Source of the DNA: a virus
Lineage: Duplodnaviria; Caudoviricetes
Strand: one strand, 5' to 3'
DNA length: 31,466 nt
IMG/VR virus record: IMGVR_UViG_3300025375_000013
Location: 1-31,466 of that record
Under the pieces are notes generated by a model. It ran no database searches, was not told the DNA's origin, and saw nothing but the letters and a program-made list of their open reading frames with translations. The position numbers and the translations under genes are program-made. Below are positions 29,305 through 31,466 of the stretch, piece by piece; the stretch's first letter is position 1; every line of letters begins with the position of its first letter.

Positions 29305-30180
29305 CTATTTAAAAAACTGTTTGTATCTATTACGATGAACCAATCCGTTATTCCTCTTTAGTTTCTCCATATCATCAACAGACTTGGGCATGAATGAATA
29401 GTTTTTTGCTTGTGAGCAATATGTTAACCAATCATCTTTTGCTGTTACCAGCCTATTTTCTGAACCCTGACCATGTTTATAATAATCTTTCTTTGTTCTT
29501 CTGTACATTACATAACTAACCAGTGCTTCAGCATAACTTTGTTCATCTGGTATCATCGGAAACCCATCATCATCAGTTATCTGCTTTAGATAAGATATAA
29601 AAATTTGACCTTTTTCAAAACTGAACCTTAACATCTTAGCTGCTACTGCAATAGAATACTCAGGGTTGTTAAGATTATACTGATAAACACTACCTTGATA
29701 GTCAGCAGTTTCTTTATATACTTGACTATCAAAGAAGCTTTCACTAGACTTTTGTACTATTCCAAACTTAGACTGATCTCTTGCTCCTGGAGATTTGTAC
29801 CAAAACTGATATTCATATACAAGATCAAAATAAGGTCTATAATATGCTACATCATATCCTGTAAGTGGTCTACCGAGTTCATCAATAGGTACTGGTGCAT
29901 CAGTGGTAATAGAAATAGCATCAATAGATGCGTTGTTATCAGATAACTCTGGTGTAGAGTAACTGTTATTTTTTACAATCTGAATAATACTTCTACAATG
30001 TATAGGAATTCTACACTGAAAGTTGCTAAGATTGATAAGGTCTGTAGTCTTCTGACACCAAGATTCATTAATACCTATTAATTCTATAGCTTCACCAATC
30101 CATTCAATAAGAGTACCTTCATCTTCTCTATCTCCATAGTCTCTTACTATCTTCCCTATTATAGCATACGATGATATCAT
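29305..30180 (-). CDS. Tail tubular / ring protein (P22 gp4-like, crAss001 gp43-like), 291 aa
   Basis: IIGKIVRD...IEWIGEAIELIG, FSFEKGQIFISY...DDDGFPMIPD..SY.EAL..Y and W..YCSQAKN..FMP..VDDME match the recalled crAss tail tubular protein pattern. Located between the IHF-like gene and the muzzle. Confidence 0.85.
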   Translation of the reverse strand: MISSYAIIGKIVRDYGDREDEGTLIEWIGEAIELIGINESWCQKTTDLINLSNFQCRIPIHCRSIIQIVKNNSYSTPELSDNNASIDAISITTDAPVPIDELGRPLTGYDVAYYRPYFDLVYEYQFWYKSPGARDQSKFGIVQKSSESFFDSQVYKETADYQGSVYQYNLNNPEYSIAVAAKMLRFSFEKGQIFISYLKQITDDDGFPMIPDEQSYAEALVSYVMYRRTKKDYYKHGQGSENRLVTAKDDWLTYCSQAKNYSFMPKSVDDMEKLKRNNGLVHRNRYKQFFK

Positions 30181-30443
30181 GATTCATCTTCGTCTTCAAA
30201 AATTGCAGCAAGTGTTTCTGTTGGTATTAATAATGGATTATCTCTATAATATGTTTCCACACTTTCATATCCACAATCATCACCACAACTTTCTTTCGTT
30301 AAAATAAACCCATTACTAATTTCTCTTACTCTTACAGTATCAGAATTACCTTTACCGTCTTCTTTTCTTATATTAACAGTTACTTCAGGTTCTTTCTTTT
30401 TTAAAGCTTTAGCAACATTAAGCTTTAGTGATGTCTGTTTCAT
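30177..30443 (-). CDS. Small hypothetical protein, 88 aa (basic N-terminus, acidic C-terminus)
   Basis: Fills the gap between the IHF-like and ring genes, with an ATGA overlap at 30177-30180. Contains VREISNGFIL, a short beta-hairpin pattern. Confidence 0.65.
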   Translation of the reverse strand: MKQTSLKLNVAKALKKKEPEVTVNIRKEDGKGNSDTVRVREISNGFILTKESCGDDCGYESVETYYRDNPLLIPTETLAAIFEDEDES

Positions 30444-30894
30444 ACTCTTTACCTTGTTTGATTAATTTTGCAAAAGTTCTTTTAACCATTCTACATGGAG
30501 AAAAACAATACAAAAGCTTGTATCTACCTTGTGACATTTTATAACTCCATCTTAGTGTATAAACATGACCATCAGTATGATCGTTAAAATGATATACTAA
30601 CTGTTTATTTTTTGCAGCATTTTCATTTTCTCTCCATAACTTTAAAGTACTACCCCAATCAGTAGGTACACCTGTAATTTTACCATTTTCATCAAGAGTT
30701 ACTTCTCTTTTCCTACCTTTATAAATAAAGCTTCCTAACATCATTGGTATAGAAACTCTAACTCCAGAATACAATGCTTCAACAAAGAATAGTAAATATA
30801 GGTCTACAACTTTATAATAGATTCTTCTATCTACTTTCAAATCTTTATTAACGTTCTTCCTGTAATGTTGATATATATCAGGAAGGGTCTTCAT
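30418..30894 (-). CDS. crAss-like integration host factor (IHF/HU)-like protein, ~158 aa
   Basis: Basic protein with G..V.IP..LG.F...GRK, P.DW..T.KLW, VYHFN.HTDG..Y..RW and F.PCR..KR..AK.IK, the conserved IHF-like gene of the crAss tail module. Likely start MKTLPD at 30894 rather than 30954, because the longer version adds a low-complexity NNN-rich stretch overlapping the upstream gene. Confidence 0.75.
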   Translation of the reverse strand: MKTLPDIYQHYRKNVNKDLKVDRRIYYKVVDLYLLFFVEALYSGVRVSIPMMLGSFIYKGRKREVTLDENGKITGVPTDWGSTLKLWRENENAAKNKQLVYHFNDHTDGHVYTLRWSYKMSQGRYKLLYCFSPCRMVKRTFAKLIKQGKEYETDITKA

Positions 30895-31465
30895 TAGAAG
30901 CATGTTGTTGTTGGTTAGATTGTTGTTTAGGAGGTACTGACAATAGTTCTTCAATAGTTAACGTTACAATACTATCTATCAAAGATGAGTTTACAGGAAA
31001 CTTTCTATCTAAAAAGTTTGGTAGATCGTCGGGTAGATCTAATGGATTAAGAAATACACCATTTACAATTACTTGTTTAAGACTATCGCTATTCTTGACA
31101 TACAAAAAACTATCGGCAAAATAGTAATATAGACTCTTTCCTGTATATCTATTATATTGTACATATTTAGCTTCTTCTTGATTAATAGGATAAATCTCTA
31201 AGCTAGCATTGATGTTTGTAACAGATTGAATAAGATATCCGTCTTTACCTGTTACTATAGCAGGTATTCTATTTTGAGATTTAAGCACTCTTGTATTAGT
31301 ATCAAAAATATAACCAACATTTATCAATGCCATAGGTAACATTTGATAACATTCATCAACAAGAGTTCTTTGTTTATTATACTCTTGTGATAACACTCTA
31401 GCTCTAACAGTTGAAAGTTTATTATAAACTTGTCTATTAGTTAAAGGCTTGTTTTCTTGTGAAAT
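30878..31465 (-). CDS. Tail ring protein (crAss-like), 5'-truncated by the window edge, >=195 aa
   Basis: The frame stays open past the GTG at 31396 to the right edge: ISQENKPLTNRQVYNKLSTVRARVLSQE.... Also contains YNRYTG..YY.....LY, V.VNGVF.NP and LD..FPV...LID.IV.L..EEL, a crAss ring-protein pattern. Confidence 0.75.
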   Translation of the reverse strand: MSQENKPLTNRQVYNKLSTVRARVLSQEYNKQRTLVDECYQMLPMALINVGYIFDTNTRVLKSQNRIPAIVTGKDGYLIQSVTNINASLEIYPINQEEAKYVQYNRYTGKSLYYYFADSFLYVKNSDSLKQVIVNGVFLNPLDLPDDLPNFLDRKFPVNSSLIDSIVTLTIEELLSVPPKQQSNQQQHASNEDPS

Positions 31466-31466
31466 A

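Noticed and set aside
746-29946. All plus-strand ORFs in the track (63-186 aa)
   Set aside because: They lie antisense to long minus-strand genes, are S/L/I/F-rich shadow translations and contain no recognisable motifs.

Overview
AT-rich, almost gap-free block of 13 co-oriented minus-strand genes from the virion morphogenesis and ejected-cargo module of a crAss-like phage (Crassvirales; host probably Bacteroidota, inferred). In transcription order (right to left): a tail ring protein cut by the window edge, an IHF-like protein, a small hypothetical, a tail tubular/ring protein, an inserted mosaic tail fibre plus its assembly chaperone, a ~1,900-aa muzzle/tail-stabilisation protein with several accessory inserts, cargo protein 1, a lambda-lysozyme-like muramidase, a second cargo-like protein, a 4,264-aa giant virion RNA polymerase protein (DYDVD catalytic motif, C-terminal HExxH zincin), a small ferritin-like protein, and a further giant cargo protein (>1,220 aa) that runs off the left edge and is missing from the ORF track. 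All long frames read through in the standard code. I saw no RNA genes, CRISPR array, intron, intein or transposon. Best leads: a repeated DVQ[FL]SM motif at linker boundaries of the RNAP giant (possible self-processing polyprotein); an in-frame TAG joining ring protein and fibre; and a muzzle carrying a long hydrophobic hairpin, a DUF4214-like insert, a CBM-like insert and DYG repeats. Family assignments come from motif recognition and gene order, not from database searches.
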